Source: a virus (taxonomy: Duplodnaviria > Heunggongvirae > Uroviricota > Caudoviricetes). Taken from it: a stretch of 64,000 nucleotides of DNA. The notes beneath the pieces were generated by a model. It ran no database searches. It saw only the letters and a list, made by a program, of their open reading frames with translations, and was not told where the DNA came from. The stretch lies in the IMG/VR virus record IMGVR_UViG_3300049211_000031, positions 64,946 to 128,945 of that record; one strand, given 5' to 3'. Below, piece by piece: positions 1 to 9,591 of the stretch (the stretch's first letter is position 1; the number at the start of each line of letters is the position of its first letter). The translations under genes were made by a program, and so were the position numbers.

Positions 1-2
1 AG

Positions 3-3000
3 AAAAACTGTAGCTGCGATCAAAATATTTGGTACAAACTAAATTGTAATAATCTTAATTTTACAAGTGAGGATAGTACTGTAACTATTACTAAGGATGG
101 ATGTAATTTTGACCTTTCTGTAGATGCTCTTGCAGGATCTGGAACTGTCACTTCTGTAGGACTTACTGTACCGTCCGGTCTCTCTGTAGCTAATTCTCCT
201 ATTACTACAAGTGGTACAATAAATATCACTACTGTTCTAAATGGTCCTGTGAGAGGAACAGGAACAGGGTTCACTACAGGACAAATAAATTTAGCTACAG
301 AAGTACTTGGAACTCTTGCTGTTACTAATGGTGGTACAGGTATTACTGCTTTAGGAGGGGCGCTGCAGCTACTTAGGGTTAATACTCTAGGAAATTCACT
401 AGAATACTTTACGCCTTCTTATATATCTGGTGTCTCTCTTACAGGAGATGTCACTGGGACAGGTACAAGTAGCTTAACTACCACCATCTCTCCACAAGCT
501 GTTACATTCTCTAAGATACAAAATATTAGTACACAAAAACTTATTGGAAGATATTCTCCTAGTACTGGTTCTGTGGAAGAAATTACACTAGGAACAGGTC
601 TTACTCTTTCTTCCGGAGGCGTTCTTAGTGCTAGTGGTGGAGTAACTTCAGTTAACTTTACGGATGGAAGTGGATTTGATGGAACAGTATTAAATCCAAC
701 CACAGCTCCAGTTATATCTCTCACTACTACACTTTCGTCAGGAAGCATTCCTTTTATTGGAATAGGAGGTGGACTACTTGAAGATAACTCTATTCTATTT
801 TGGGATAATACAAATAAAAGACTTGGTTTAGGAACTAATACTCCTTCTCAAAGACTTCATGTCTCAGGAAGCACCATTATTTCAAATCTAGCTACAGGAG
901 GAACTGCACCTACTACTTCTGGCACTACTAGAATGGTAATAAGTGACGCTAACGGACTTCTTTCATTTACTGCCATACCAGTAGGTAACACCTACACCTC
1001 AGATAATGGAATTACATTAACAGGTAATAATTTCCAGCTTGGAGGTACTTTACTGCATGATACTGTTATAGACGCTACAACAGATTATAGTTTATCTGTT
1101 GTAGGGTCAGGAGCAGGTATTCCATTTAAAGTTACTTCTGACAATAATATAGCAACACAAATCATATCTGCTACTAGTATTGCTGTACAAGCAACTGCAG
1201 GTGATAGTTTTCCGGCAGGACATTTTACAAACAGTACGCCTTATACAGATAGTGTGATCGATGCTATACATGCACAACATCAAGCTAATGGCTCTCCTGC
1301 TTCATTGGGTATAGGTGTAGGAATATCAATGAATGTTTCAGATGATAGTGGTTTATATCAGTCCACAAGGCTTATTTCGAAATGGACAGACTTAACACAT
1401 GCTACTCGTAGCTCCCAGTTTACTATTACAGGTGTAAATAGCGGAACTAGCTCTGACATTTTTACTTTAAGTGGAAGTGGAGCTACTAGGCTAAATAAAT
1501 ATGGAACAGGAACATTTACTGGAACTGCTGCTTATACACTTCAAGTAGACTCTTCTGGAAATATAATAGAAGGAACTGTTTCTGGAGGAAGTAGTACATT
1601 TGCAGGATTAACTGATGTAACTCTCACAAGTTTACAAAACGGACAAATAGCAAGTTATAATAGTGCTACTTCTGAATGGGTGAATAGACAACCTTGTTAC
1701 TTTAATGTTAAAGATTATGGTGCTTTAGGAGATGGTGTAACTGATGATAGAGCTGCTATTATTGCTGCTAGAGATGCTGCATATACATCTGGTGGAGGAG
1801 TGCTTTTCTTTCCTGCTGGAGAATACCTACTTTCTGATAGTATAACATTTGAGCATTGTATAAGATTTCAAGGGGTTACTAAGTCAGGAGGATTGCATAA
1901 TAATCAAGCAGGGGGTGTTCTTGAAAAAGACAGACTTGGTCCTATTGAAATGTCAAGTGTTATTGTCGTAACTGATAATAAAGATGGATTTGTATTTGAT
2001 AGGCAATCTGATGAAACAAAGGCGGCTTTTTCAGTAGAAAATCTTACTTTTAAGTCAACAGTCACTCCTGGATCTAATACTGGAGGTTCCTTTATAGTTA
2101 TTAAAGGAATGCTACAAGGTACCATAGTTAAGGATACTACATTCTATGGAGGGTACATTCAGTTAAACATTGAATCAGGTTATTATCAAATGATAACTGG
2201 GTGTCATTTCTCCGCTCCTCTTATAGCTGGTATAAAGACTAATAATAATATTCGTACAGATACAGGTGATTTCACTGTGTTAGCATGTACGTTTAATTCT
2301 GGTACATTCGCTACAGGAACAGCAGTAACTAAGGCTATTTGGTGGCAATCAGGTGGAGGTATGCGCGTGGTTGATTGTAAGTTTGACGCATGTGAATTTA
2401 ATAACGCAAATGGTTATCAGTATCATATATATGTAGAAAATGTTCTTGATCCAACAAGTGATATTATACTATCTAATAATAGTTTTGAGAACTGGGTAGT
2501 TTCCGCTGTATATATGAGAGGAATTGTCTCTCCCTATGTTCGAAATATACATATTACTTCTAATCAGTTTGCTCCAGTAGGTTCTACTGGACCCGCAATT
2601 GACATTGATCAAATGGAAGTGATTGTTGTAAGTGATTTTGAAATTAGAGATTGGGGAGGAACTGTTTCTGCTGCTGCAATAAAAATTACAAATTGTACAG
2701 GTGTAACAATAGGTAAAGGTCACATAAGAGACTATACCTCTAATTTTGATTTAACAGGAAGTACAGACACGCATATTGATTATATGTGGGGAGGAGATGT
2801 TGCTATTGGAACAAAAAACACTGCTAATATTGCTGGTCTTAATAGTACTTTATATACAACAGGGACTATATTAGGTAGAGCTACTACAGGTCAATTTGGT
2901 GCTGGTATTGTTGAACTTGCTTCTCAACTTGCGGAGCTACCAGCAGGTACACCAACAGATGTTGGTTTTGTTGATTTTACAGTTAATAGTAATAGTGGTG

Positions 3001-4076
3001 CTCATAAACGTGTGGCAGCCATTGGTGTTACAGCAGATGGTGCTACTACAGGTGCTCGTGGTGGTGATTTTCACTTTTACACTAAACCTGATGGTGGGTC
3101 ACTTGCCGAGAGAATGGGTATTCTAAGTACTGGACAGTTAACATTAGGTACTGGTTATAGTGGAGGGTCATTTACTGGAACTGCTGCATACTTGTTGGGT
3201 GTAACATCTGGAGGTAATGTTATAGTGACTTCTGGGGGTAGTTCACAATGGACAACTGCTGGTTCAGATATTTATTATAACACAGGTAATGTTGGTATTG
3301 GAGATAGTTCACCCGATGTTAAGCTTGATATAGAAATGTCAAACACTGGTTCAGATGGAATAATTATAACTAACACGAACAGTGGAGCAGCTGCAAGGCC
3401 AATAATAAGAGTTGTTAACGATGCTAGTGAGCTTGGGCAATTTGGGATGATGAGTAGCACACATTCAACTTTAGCCAACTATACACTGTTCGAGGCAACA
3501 AAGAGCCTGCAATTTGGTACAGATCAGGGTGTAGCTTCTGGGGGAACTTCTGTCATTAACTTTGTAACTGGTGGTTATAGTGTTTCTCCTGCTGTACAAA
3601 TAAAAGGAGATGGTAATGTTGTGTTTGGTACAACAACTTCTATAGTTGGCACTACTACTAATAATAATGCAACGGCAGGTAATATAGGAGAAGAAATAAG
3701 CTCTACTGTGAGTACTTACACTAATTATACTACAACAGCTACTTATCAAAATATTACATCTATAACTCTCACACCTGGAGATTGGGATATATCTATTCCT
3801 GTTTTTACATGTAGTACAAATTCTGCAACCATTACAGGGGATGCTATCTTTGTAGTTAGTACTACAACGGCTAGTGCTTCTGGAGCTGTTGAAGGAGTAA
3901 ATATTAGTTATATTTCACAATCTACACTTTTAGGAAGTTCTAAACAATCAGGTATTATAGCACCTTTTAGAGTTTCGTTGGCATCAACAACAACTTATTA
4001 CTTAAATACACAAGCTTCTTTCTCAGCAGGAAATCCTCAATTCGTAGGAACCATAAGAGCTAGAAGGATGAGATAA
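3..4076 (+). CDS. Tail fibre / tailspike-like protein with pectate-lyase-type beta-helix (putative depolymerase); 5' end lies outside the window
   Basis: The reading frame is open from nt 3 with no stop, so the gene begins upstream of the window; the ORF-track GTG at 249 is internal. The protein is Gly/Thr/Ser-rich with repeated '…RLGLGTNTPSQRLHVSG' phage tail-fibre motifs. The motif 'YFNVKDYGALGDGVTDDRAAIIAARDAA' is the pectate-lyase/tailspike beta-helix signature. There is an internal duplication ('TGTFTGTAAYTLQV…SGGSS' near aa 420 and 'GSFTGTAAYLLGV…SGGSS' near aa 975). Confidence 0.75.
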   Translation, partial: KNCSCDQNIWYKLNCNNLNFTSEDSTVTITKDGCNFDLSVDALAGSGTVTSVGLTVPSGLSVANSPITTSGTINITTVLNGPVRGTGTGFTTGQINLATEVLGTLAVTNGGTGITALGGALQLLRVNTLGNSLEYFTPSYISGVSLTGDVTGTGTSSLTTTISPQAVTFSKIQNISTQKLIGRYSPSTGSVEEITLGTGLTLSSGGVLSASGGVTSVNFTDGSGFDGTVLNPTTAPVISLTTTLSSGSIPFIGIGGGLLEDNSILFWDNTNKRLGLGTNTPSQRLHVSGSTIISNLATGGTAPTTSGTTRMVISDANGLLSFTAIPVGNTYTSDNGITLTGNNFQLGGTLLHDTVIDATTDYSLSVVGSGAGIPFKVTSDNNIATQIISATSIAVQATAGDSFPAGHFTNSTPYTDSVIDAIHAQHQANGSPASLGIGVGISMNVSDDSGLYQSTRLISKWTDLTHATRSSQFTITGVNSGTSSDIFTLSGSGATRLNKYGTGTFTGTAAYTLQVDSSGNIIEGTVSGGSSTFAGLTDVTLTSLQNGQIASYNSATSEWVNRQPCYFNVKDYGALGDGVTDDRAAIIAARDAAYTSGGGVLFFPAGEYLLSDSITFEHCIRFQGVTKSGGLHNNQAGGVLEKDRLGPIEMSSVIVVTDNKDGFVFDRQSDETKAAFSVENLTFKSTVTPGSNTGGSFIVIKGMLQGTIVKDTTFYGGYIQLNIESGYYQMITGCHFSAPLIAGIKTNNNIRTDTGDFTVLACTFNSGTFATGTAVTKAIWWQSGGGMRVVDCKFDACEFNNANGYQYHIYVENVLDPTSDIILSNNSFENWVVSAVYMRGIVSPYVRNIHITSNQFAPVGSTGPAIDIDQMEVIVVSDFEIRDWGGTVSAAAIKITNCTGVTIGKGHIRDYTSNFDLTGSTDTHIDYMWGGDVAIGTKNTANIAGLNSTLYTTGTILGRATTGQFGAGIVELASQLAELPAGTPTDVGFVDFTVNSNSGAHKRVAAIGVTADGATTGARGGDFHFYTKPDGGSLAERMGILSTGQLTLGTGYSGGSFTGTAAYLLGVTSGGNVIVTSGGSSQWTTAGSDIYYNTGNVGIGDSSPDVKLDIEMSNTGSDGIIITNTNSGAAARPIIRVVNDASELGQFGMMSSTHSTLANYTLFEATKSLQFGTDQGVASGGTSVINFVTGGYSVSPAVQIKGDGNVVFGTTTSIVGTTTNNNATAGNIGEEISSTVSTYTNYTTTATYQNITSITLTPGDWDISIPVFTCSTNSATITGDAIFVVSTTTASASGAVEGVNISYISQSTLLGSSKQSGIIAPFRVSLASTTTYYLNTQASFSAGNPQFVGTIRARRMR

Positions 4077-4088
4077 AATTATTAATAT

Positions 4089-4325
4089 ATGAAAGAATTT
4101 TTGAATAAAATAGGTAATGGAGAAATAAGAAGTATACTTGCTGTAATAAGTATATTAGGCTCTTTTGCACTAATGTTTACTTTTATTTTTGCAGAAATAC
4201 CTAAAGAGAACAGAGACGTAGTTATGATGGGAGCTGGTTCCATCCTAACTGGAACACTTGGAGGTGTAATAGGATATTATTTTGGTGCCTCTAAGGGAAA
4301 TGAAACTAAAATAAATAAAGTTTAA
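4089..4325 (+). CDS. Small membrane protein (2 predicted transmembrane helices)
   Basis: 78-aa ORF immediately after the tail-fibre gene; hydrophobic segments ILAVISILGSFALMFTFIFA and ILTGTLGGVIGYYFG. Confidence 0.5.
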   Translation: MKEFLNKIGNGEIRSILAVISILGSFALMFTFIFAEIPKENRDVVMMGAGSILTGTLGGVIGYYFGASKGNETKINKV

Positions 4326-4348
4326 AAATTATACTAAAATAAATTAAA

Positions 4349-4807
4349 ATGTCTAGATTAAATAAACAAGTATTAAATGACTACTTCAAATCATTTTTTA
4401 AACAATTCTCTCTTACAAAAGAGCAATTTGACAAGGTGAGAGATCTGATAGATGAAGCAGAATGTGGATGCTGTTCAGTAGTCACTGTCAATTGGATTAG
4501 TGACGATGAATCGGCAGCTTCTCCTGCTGCAGAGCAGATTGTGTTTAAAGATGAAAATGATGAAATTGTAGCGTCTACAAGCATTACAGGAGGGTCTCCT
4601 CAGAGAATATGTGTTCCAAGGGAGGCCACAACAATATGTATAAATATTATTGAAGCAGTAACTACAGGGGGAACATTTACTCTTACAGGATCTGATGGGT
4701 TTAGTCAATCAGGAGCAGATACTGTTACGGAGGGGTGCTATTTCATTGGCCCTCTTGAGACATCACTTCCAGCTTCATCTTATATAATTGTGACCGCCGA
4801 ACCATAA
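4349..4807 (+). CDS. Hypothetical protein
   Basis: 152-aa ORF, last gene of the rightward block; followed by the bidirectional terminator. Confidence 0.5.
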   Translation: MSRLNKQVLNDYFKSFFKQFSLTKEQFDKVRDLIDEAECGCCSVVTVNWISDDESAASPAAEQIVFKDENDEIVASTSITGGSPQRICVPREATTICINIIEAVTTGGTFTLTGSDGFSQSGADTVTEGCYFIGPLETSLPASSYIIVTAEP

Positions 4808-4831
4808 TCTACGTTCAAGATTTCTAAAAAA

Positions 4832-4865
4832 AAGTTCCGGCGAGCCTCATGTGCTCCCGGAACTT
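4832..4865. terminator. Bidirectional rho-independent terminator between convergent genes
   Basis: AAGTTCCGG-c-GAGC-ctcatgt-GCTC-CCGGAACTT: near-perfect 13-bp stem with a 1-nt bulge. It is flanked by an A8 run upstream and TTCCTTATTTTTATT downstream on the + strand, giving a U-tract on either strand. Confidence 0.8.
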
Positions 4866-4884
4866 CCTTATTTTTATTATGTCC

Positions 4885-5907
4885 TTACTTTTTAGCTCTT
4901 AGATCATTAACAAAATTCTTGATTCTGTTGTATAGTTCTTGATAGAATTCAGGATTGTCTGTTAACATTCCTTTAAACTCTTCAAGGTCATATTTTAGTG
5001 GTTCTGTTCCCTCTACAAATAATGTGATTTGCTTTCCCCATTTCTTTAGTATTCCTGCTTTGTGACCAAGTTCAATTACTTCACTTACTTTATCAATTCC
5101 TTTGGCGAACTCTACATCAAATTCTGCTATTTTAAATGGCGGACCCACCTTATTTTTGACTACCTTTACTTTCACCTTATTACCAATCATTTCGTCACCA
5201 TCCTTTACTACATCGTCCTTACCTAGTGCTCTACGAACATCAAGTCGTACAGAGGCATAAAACTTCAATGCGTTACCACCGGTAGTGGTTTCGGGGTTAC
5301 CGAACATAACACCTATTTTTTCACGCAGCTGGTTAATGAATATAAGTAGGCAATTGTTTTTTGATACAGTACCTGTAAGTTTGCGCAATGCTTGTGACAT
5401 TAGTCGAGCGTGAAGTCCCATTTTACTTTCACCCATTTCTCCTTCTAATTCCCCTTTAGGAACTAAAGCAGCTACAGAGTCAATTAAAACAACTCCAAAT
5501 TTGCCAGAGCTAATAGCCCTATCAGCGATTTCAAGAGCCTCGTCTCCACTATCAGGTTGACTAATATATAGAGTTTCTGTATTCACTCCTAATTTCTTAG
5601 CGTACTCCATGTCAAAAGCATGTTCAGCATCTATTACTAAACACTTGTCGCCTTTCTTTTGAGCTTCCGCTATAACATGAGTAGATAAAGTAGTTTTTCC
5701 AGATGATTCAGGACCGTAAATTTCGACAATTCTTCCTTTTGGTAAACCCCATACACCAAGAGCACTATCTAGACCTAATGAGCCTGTAGACACTACGTCA
5801 ATTGGTCCAGAGGGTTTATCACCTGCCTTTATAATTGCCCCTTCTCCAAAAGCCTTCTGAATTTCATCAATAACTTTAGATAATTCCTTTAAATTGTTAT
5901 CTGACAT
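4885..5907 (-). CDS. recA: RecA recombinase
   Basis: Walker A '[10 protein letters not shown]'; long stretches nearly identical to bacterial RecA ('IFINQ…[27 protein letters not shown]', '[28 protein letters not shown]'). Confidence 0.95.
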   Translation of the reverse strand: MSDNNLKELSKVIDEIQKAFGEGAIIKAGDKPSGPIDVVSTGSLGLDSALGVWGLPKGRIVEIYGPESSGKTTLSTHVIAEAQKKGDKCLVIDAEHAFDMEYAKKLGVNTETLYISQPDSGDEALEIADRAISSGKFGVVLIDSVAALVPKGELEGEMGESKMGLHARLMSQALRKLTGTVSKNNCLLIFINQLREKIGVMFGNPETTTGGNALKFYASVRLDVRRALGKDDVVKDGDEMIGNKVKVKVVKNKVGPPFKIAEFDVEFAKGIDKVSEVIELGHKAGILKKWGKQITLFVEGTEPLKYDLEEFKGMLTDNPEFYQELYNRIKNFVNDLRAKK

Positions 5908-5933
5908 TTATAATTGTTTAGGATACAAAGATA

Positions 5934-6251
5934 CTACTTTTTCTCTGAAGTTTTGGATATTTCTTCAAGTTTTCTGTAATAAATATCTATTGTTTTCTCT
6001 ATACTATCAGTTTGACTTTTTATATATTCAAGTGCTACAAATGGCACAGAACTAGCTTTTTCTCCACGTTCATTTCCGGCTTTAGCTTGTTCTTTCACCC
6101 AATCTTCTAACTTCTTTGTGTGCCATCCAAGTAATCCAAGGCTAGAGTTAGTATCATGAATTAATGAAGCTAAAGCTCTTTCTTCTGGTTTGTTTCCAAA
6201 CAAATTAATAGACATTATCTCCCTCCTCGTAAATTGCGTCTGTTTTCTCAA
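5934..6251 (-). CDS. Hypothetical protein
   Basis: ORF tiling the leftward operon; the start may be the internal Met at about 6215. Confidence 0.45.
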   Translation of the reverse strand: MRKQTQFTRREIMSINLFGNKPEERALASLIHDTNSSLGLLGWHTKKLEDWVKEQAKAGNERGEKASSVPFVALEYIKSQTDSIEKTIDIYYRKLEEISKTSEKK

Positions 6252-6417
6252 ATAAGTTAAAGAAATCCTCTTTTAATCTCACCCAAATGTCTCCATCTGG
6301 GTTATCGTAGAGAGTAGCGTAGATGATACATGGAATCCATGTACCACCTACTTTTATGCTAGTCTCTTCAACAATATAGTAGGGTTTTTCCTTATAGATG
6401 TAAACGTTACTTCGCAA
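6205..6417 (-). CDS. Hypothetical protein
   Basis: 70-aa ORF tiling the operon. Confidence 0.4.
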   Translation of the reverse strand: MRSNVYIYKEKPYYIVEETSIKVGGTWIPCIIYATLYDNPDGDIWVRLKEDFFNLFEKTDAIYEEGDNVY

Positions 6418-6799
6418 GTTTATTAGCTTCTTTTGGAGTTAAAGGATAGTTTCCAACATGACTATTTGGGAACTTTTTTAGTTCCCTTTCTTTTATCCGC
6501 TTCTTGAGTTCCTCTGTTCTATCGTATTCAGCGGCAATTAAAGCTCCGGCAACAGCGAGCCTTTCCTGATAAGACTTCTCTATCATCTTCCTGCAGTGAG
6601 CTATTCCCCAAGAGTCAGGAAAATCATGAAGAACAGGACGTTCTTTTAATAAAGCTCTAGCAGCTTGAACAAGTTCTCCATTTGGATTATAGAGAATGTC
6701 GTCGTTGACAGTAAGTTTATGTTTATGAATCTGGTCGTTTCGCTCATTTATAATAGCGACAATACCGTGTAAATTATTATTTACGATTGTATCGTTCAT
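6407..6799 (-). CDS. Hypothetical protein
   Basis: 130-aa ORF tiling the operon. Confidence 0.5.
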   Translation of the reverse strand: MNDTIVNNNLHGIVAIINERNDQIHKHKLTVNDDILYNPNGELVQAARALLKERPVLHDFPDSWGIAHCRKMIEKSYQERLAVAGALIAAEYDRTEELKKRIKERELKKFPNSHVGNYPLTPKEANKLAK

Positions 6800-6873
6800 C
6801 TTTCTTGTTTTCGTTTTATACGTTTGTTCTTATTCTATTGTTAACTACATCCGAAATATAACCACTACTAGTA

Positions 6874-7788
6874 TTATTTTGTAGTACTTTTTTGAACTCT
6901 TCCATCTATTTGCGTTTCTAGTTCAAGTAAAGCACGATGTTGAATGAACCCCTTAAGATTCTTACACCATCCGTATTCATCTATTTTCTCTCCATTTCTT
7001 ATCTCTACTTTTCGAAAACCTTCATATTCTTCTTTACTCATACATCTTGCTACGTGCTCAAATGGACTTGCATGTTTGCTTTTAAGTAGCCTTTCATATA
7101 GACGAATATCCTCCTTATAATCATCTTTACCTTCAAAGTTTAGATAACTTACTCTTGCACAGCGTGCTGTAGCTACTTTTAATTGCCAATCACCTGCTTC
7201 TTCATTAGTAAACCCTTTAGTTTTCTGCATGTCAAGGTTGTCTCCAAAGGGAATATGCCATTCATAGGACTTTAGTACCTTAGGAGTACTTGCATTTGCA
7301 GCTTCAAGCATCTTATATGCAAGTTCTTGAATGTGTATTTCAGCGTCTGGATGTGCTCTTAATGCAAAGAAATTCTCAAACTCGGTTCCCGTACAAATAC
7401 AGGTGTGCCACATGAAGGGCTCAAGAAGACGATTGGTAATTTGTTTAGTAGCACCTGCTTCACTTAAAGCTTTTGCTATTTCGATATTACCATCTCTTGC
7501 ATTAAGCCATGCATTATTTAATCTTTCAATCTCTACATGATGCGTAAAGTACTCAGTACCTTGCATTCCTGTATGTTCCTTCATCCATCTGATAGGGATG
7601 AATGGATTTTCCCGTACCATCTTAAGCATTTTCTTAAATGGTATAGCGCGGCTACTTGCACTATTGCGAGATAATGCTCGGTGAGTGTTAAACTCAGCGA
7701 GTACGATACGGGGAAAGGTAAGCACATAAGTAATAATCCTGTCCCCAAATGGACCCAAACTGTCTGCAATAATTTTCGCTTCAATCAT
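6874..7788 (-). CDS. thyX: ThyX-like flavin-dependent thymidylate synthase homologue (atypical motif)
   Basis: ThyX-type 'T-H-R-ALS-RNSAS-S-R' block where canonical ThyX has RHRx7-8SxR; C-terminal 'HASPFEH' ThyX motif present. The first Arg of the RHR triad is replaced by Thr. Confidence 0.8.
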   Translation of the reverse strand: MIEAKIIADSLGPFGDRIITYVLTFPRIVLAEFNTHRALSRNSASSRAIPFKKMLKMVRENPFIPIRWMKEHTGMQGTEYFTHHVEIERLNNAWLNARDGNIEIAKALSEAGATKQITNRLLEPFMWHTCICTGTEFENFFALRAHPDAEIHIQELAYKMLEAANASTPKVLKSYEWHIPFGDNLDMQKTKGFTNEEAGDWQLKVATARCARVSYLNFEGKDDYKEDIRLYERLLKSKHASPFEHVARCMSKEEYEGFRKVEIRNGEKIDEYGWCKNLKGFIQHRALLELETQIDGRVQKSTTK

Positions 7789-8132
7789 TCGTAGTATTCG
7801 TCAATTAATTTCCTTAAATCAAGTGTATTTGTAATTTTTATATTTTTGTCTTTCAGCCTTGGTTTATTGATAAGTGCTAAATGAGACTCAAAAGAGTCAT
7901 CCGTATATACCACATCGTATAGAACATCATTTGAACCTGAAATTTTATAGGTTAATAAAAAAGGTGTTTTTGAATAAGGTTGTCTAATACTACCTAGAAT
8001 AGAATATTCAAGATCAACATCAGCGTCTTCCTCCATGCTCTTAATACTCTTCTCCACATCTGATTTAGGAAGTAAGAATAAATCCTTACCATTCTCTGAA
8101 AGACAAATAAACAAAGTTTCTTTTTTAGTCAT
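7785..8132 (-). CDS. Hypothetical protein
   Basis: 115-aa ORF; start overlaps the thyX stop. Confidence 0.5.
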   Translation of the reverse strand: MTKKETLFICLSENGKDLFLLPKSDVEKSIKSMEEDADVDLEYSILGSIRQPYSKTPFLLTYKISGSNDVLYDVVYTDDSFESHLALINKPRLKDKNIKITNTLDLRKLIDEYYE

Positions 8133-8148
8133 ATTTTGTTTTTAGATT

Positions 8149-8176
8149 AAAAAAGTCCCCACGTTTCCGCAGGGAC
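8149..8176 (-). terminator. Rho-independent terminator (minus strand)
   Basis: Minus-strand GTCCC-tgcggaaacgtg-GGGAC followed by TTTTTT; downstream of gene 8206–8397. Confidence 0.5.
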
Positions 8177-8205
8177 CAAAACCTCTAAAAATGAAAAAAA
8201 ATCAA

Positions 8206-8397
8206 TTATAAACTGTTCAGAAATGTCTTAGCTGCTTTAATAGAGCTTACGCTTTTACAATGGCGTACGCCATCTACCATCTTCCGTACACAGTAGGAGC
8301 CGCTTACATCTTTGTAGATGTTTGGAGCTATACGAGTGTAGATAGAAGTCTTAAGGTTTTTCTTAGCTGTTTTCTTTGTCGCTTTACGTTTAATCAT
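8206..8397 (-). CDS. Small basic hypothetical protein
   Basis: 63-aa Lys/Arg-rich ORF preceded by a consensus Bacteroidota promoter. Confidence 0.5.
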   Translation of the reverse strand: MIKRKATKKTAKKNLKTSIYTRIAPNIYKDVSGSYCVRKMVDGVRHCKSVSSIKAAKTFLNSL

Positions 8398-8421
8398 ATT
8401 TTTAATTTCAATTTTCGATCA

Positions 8422-8453
8422 CAAAGGTAAATAGTATTTAACTATCTACCAAA
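8422..8453 (-). promoter_or_regulatory. Bacteroidota-type promoter (TTTG – 20 nt – TACCTTTG)
   Basis: Minus-strand TTTG (8453–8450), a 20-nt spacer, then TACCTTTG (8429–8422), which matches the TAnnTTTG -7 element. Start codon lies 24 nt downstream. Confidence 0.55.
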
Positions 8454-8459
8454 CATTTC

Positions 8460-8696
8460 TTAGAATAAGTTGGAAATAAATTTTAATCTTTCATAATGAG
8501 CTTCTTCTGCTGTAGCGAAATGACCTATGTGAATTGTGGTAAGTTTTCCTGATACGGTCTTTGCAGATACTTGTGCTGAAAATTTATTTACAGAAGCAGG
8601 GTTACTTATCTCGGATACACCCTTATATCCAGTGTTAGTAAAAGGTTTATATCTTAGCCCCTTTGGTCTATTTCTTTTCTTTTTTACTTCAGTCAT
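8460..8696 (-). CDS. AP2-domain DNA-binding protein (homing-endonuclease-associated type)
   Basis: 'GYKGVS…KFSAQV…G…IHIGHFATAEEAHYER' matches the AP2/ERF-type domain typical of phage HNH-associated DNA binders. Confidence 0.55.
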   Translation of the reverse strand: MTEVKKKRNRPKGLRYKPFTNTGYKGVSEISNPASVNKFSAQVSAKTVSGKLTTIHIGHFATAEEAHYERLKFISNLF

Positions 8697-9133
8697 TAAG
8701 CTTTTTCTTTGTTAGTACTACCATATCCTCCTTTACCACGAATAGTGTCAGATAGATTCTGAGTTACTTTAAATGTAGCTTGTTCTACTTTAGCAATAAC
8801 TCCTTGAGCAATTCGATCGCCAGTGTTTATTGTGAATGTGCTATTACCATGATTAATCAAGATAATACCAATTTCTCCACGATAATCTGAGTCAATTGTT
8901 CCGGGAGAGTTAAGAACAGTAACACCATTCTTAAGAGCAAGGCCACTACGAGGACGTACTTGCATTTCATACCCTTTAGGGATTTCAAAGGCAAGTCCTG
9001 TACCTACAAGTACTCTTTCTCTTGGACCAATCATATATGTTCCAGACGAATGCAAATCAAATCCTGCTGCTCCTTCTGTCTGGTATTCAGGAACAGTAGC
9101 GGTACTAATCAATTCTTTTACTAAAATCTCCAT
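8696..9133 (-). CDS. dut: dUTP diphosphatase
   Basis: Motifs 'GAAGFDL', 'RSGLALKNG', 'GTIDSDYRGEIGIILINHG' of trimeric dUTPases. Confidence 0.92.
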   Translation of the reverse strand: MEILVKELISTATVPEYQTEGAAGFDLHSSGTYMIGPRERVLVGTGLAFEIPKGYEMQVRPRSGLALKNGVTVLNSPGTIDSDYRGEIGIILINHGNSTFTINTGDRIAQGVIAKVEQATFKVTQNLSDTIRGKGGYGSTNKEKA

Positions 9134-9465
9134 TAAAGTCCTCCTTTGTATTTTCCTTCGTTGTAGTATTTTATTAACTTAGAAATCTTGGTGTCAAGAC
9201 GCTCACCAATCGGGTCTTCTTCTACTTCAAGCTGTTTTATAACAACTCCAAGTCGTAGAAAAACATCTCCTACTTCATCCACAATTGCTTGTTTAGAAGG
9301 AGCTTTTTCTGGTTTCTTGTTGATGTACTTTAATAGAACTTCCTGAAGTTCAGAGAGTTCTTCACAGAGTTTTGTAATATTAAACTTAGGGTCGTTTTCA
9401 TTAAGAAGAACTTCCATTAATTCTTCTTCTGTCTCAATCTTGTTAATTACTGCTGTTTCGCTCAT
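9133..9465 (-). CDS. MazG-like nucleoside triphosphate pyrophosphohydrolase (small all-alpha type)
   Basis: 'EELSELQEVLL…DEVGDVFLRL' resembles the E-x-x-E…E-[LV]-GD-[VL] MazG core; ATGA overlap with dut. Confidence 0.45.
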   Translation of the reverse strand: MSETAVINKIETEEELMEVLLNENDPKFNITKLCEELSELQEVLLKYINKKPEKAPSKQAIVDEVGDVFLRLGVVIKQLEVEEDPIGERLDTKISKLIKYYNEGKYKGGL

Positions 9466-9474
9466 TGTGTAGTA

Positions 9475-9591
9475 TTAATTAAATAAATTTTGAAATGTAT
9501 TAGCTGCTGCCCAAAGAAGAGCAGCTATAAATACACCTATAGCTGCTCCCCAGACAATGTCGCCTATTTTTTGTTTTTGTTCTTTTGTCAT
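9475..9591 (-). CDS. Small membrane peptide (38 aa)
   Basis: Not in the ORF track (<60 aa). MTKEQKQKIGDIVWGAAIGVFIAALLWAAANTFQNLFN; start overlaps the upstream stop as TAATG; one transmembrane helix. Confidence 0.35.
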   Translation of the reverse strand: MTKEQKQKIGDIVWGAAIGVFIAALLWAAANTFQNLFN

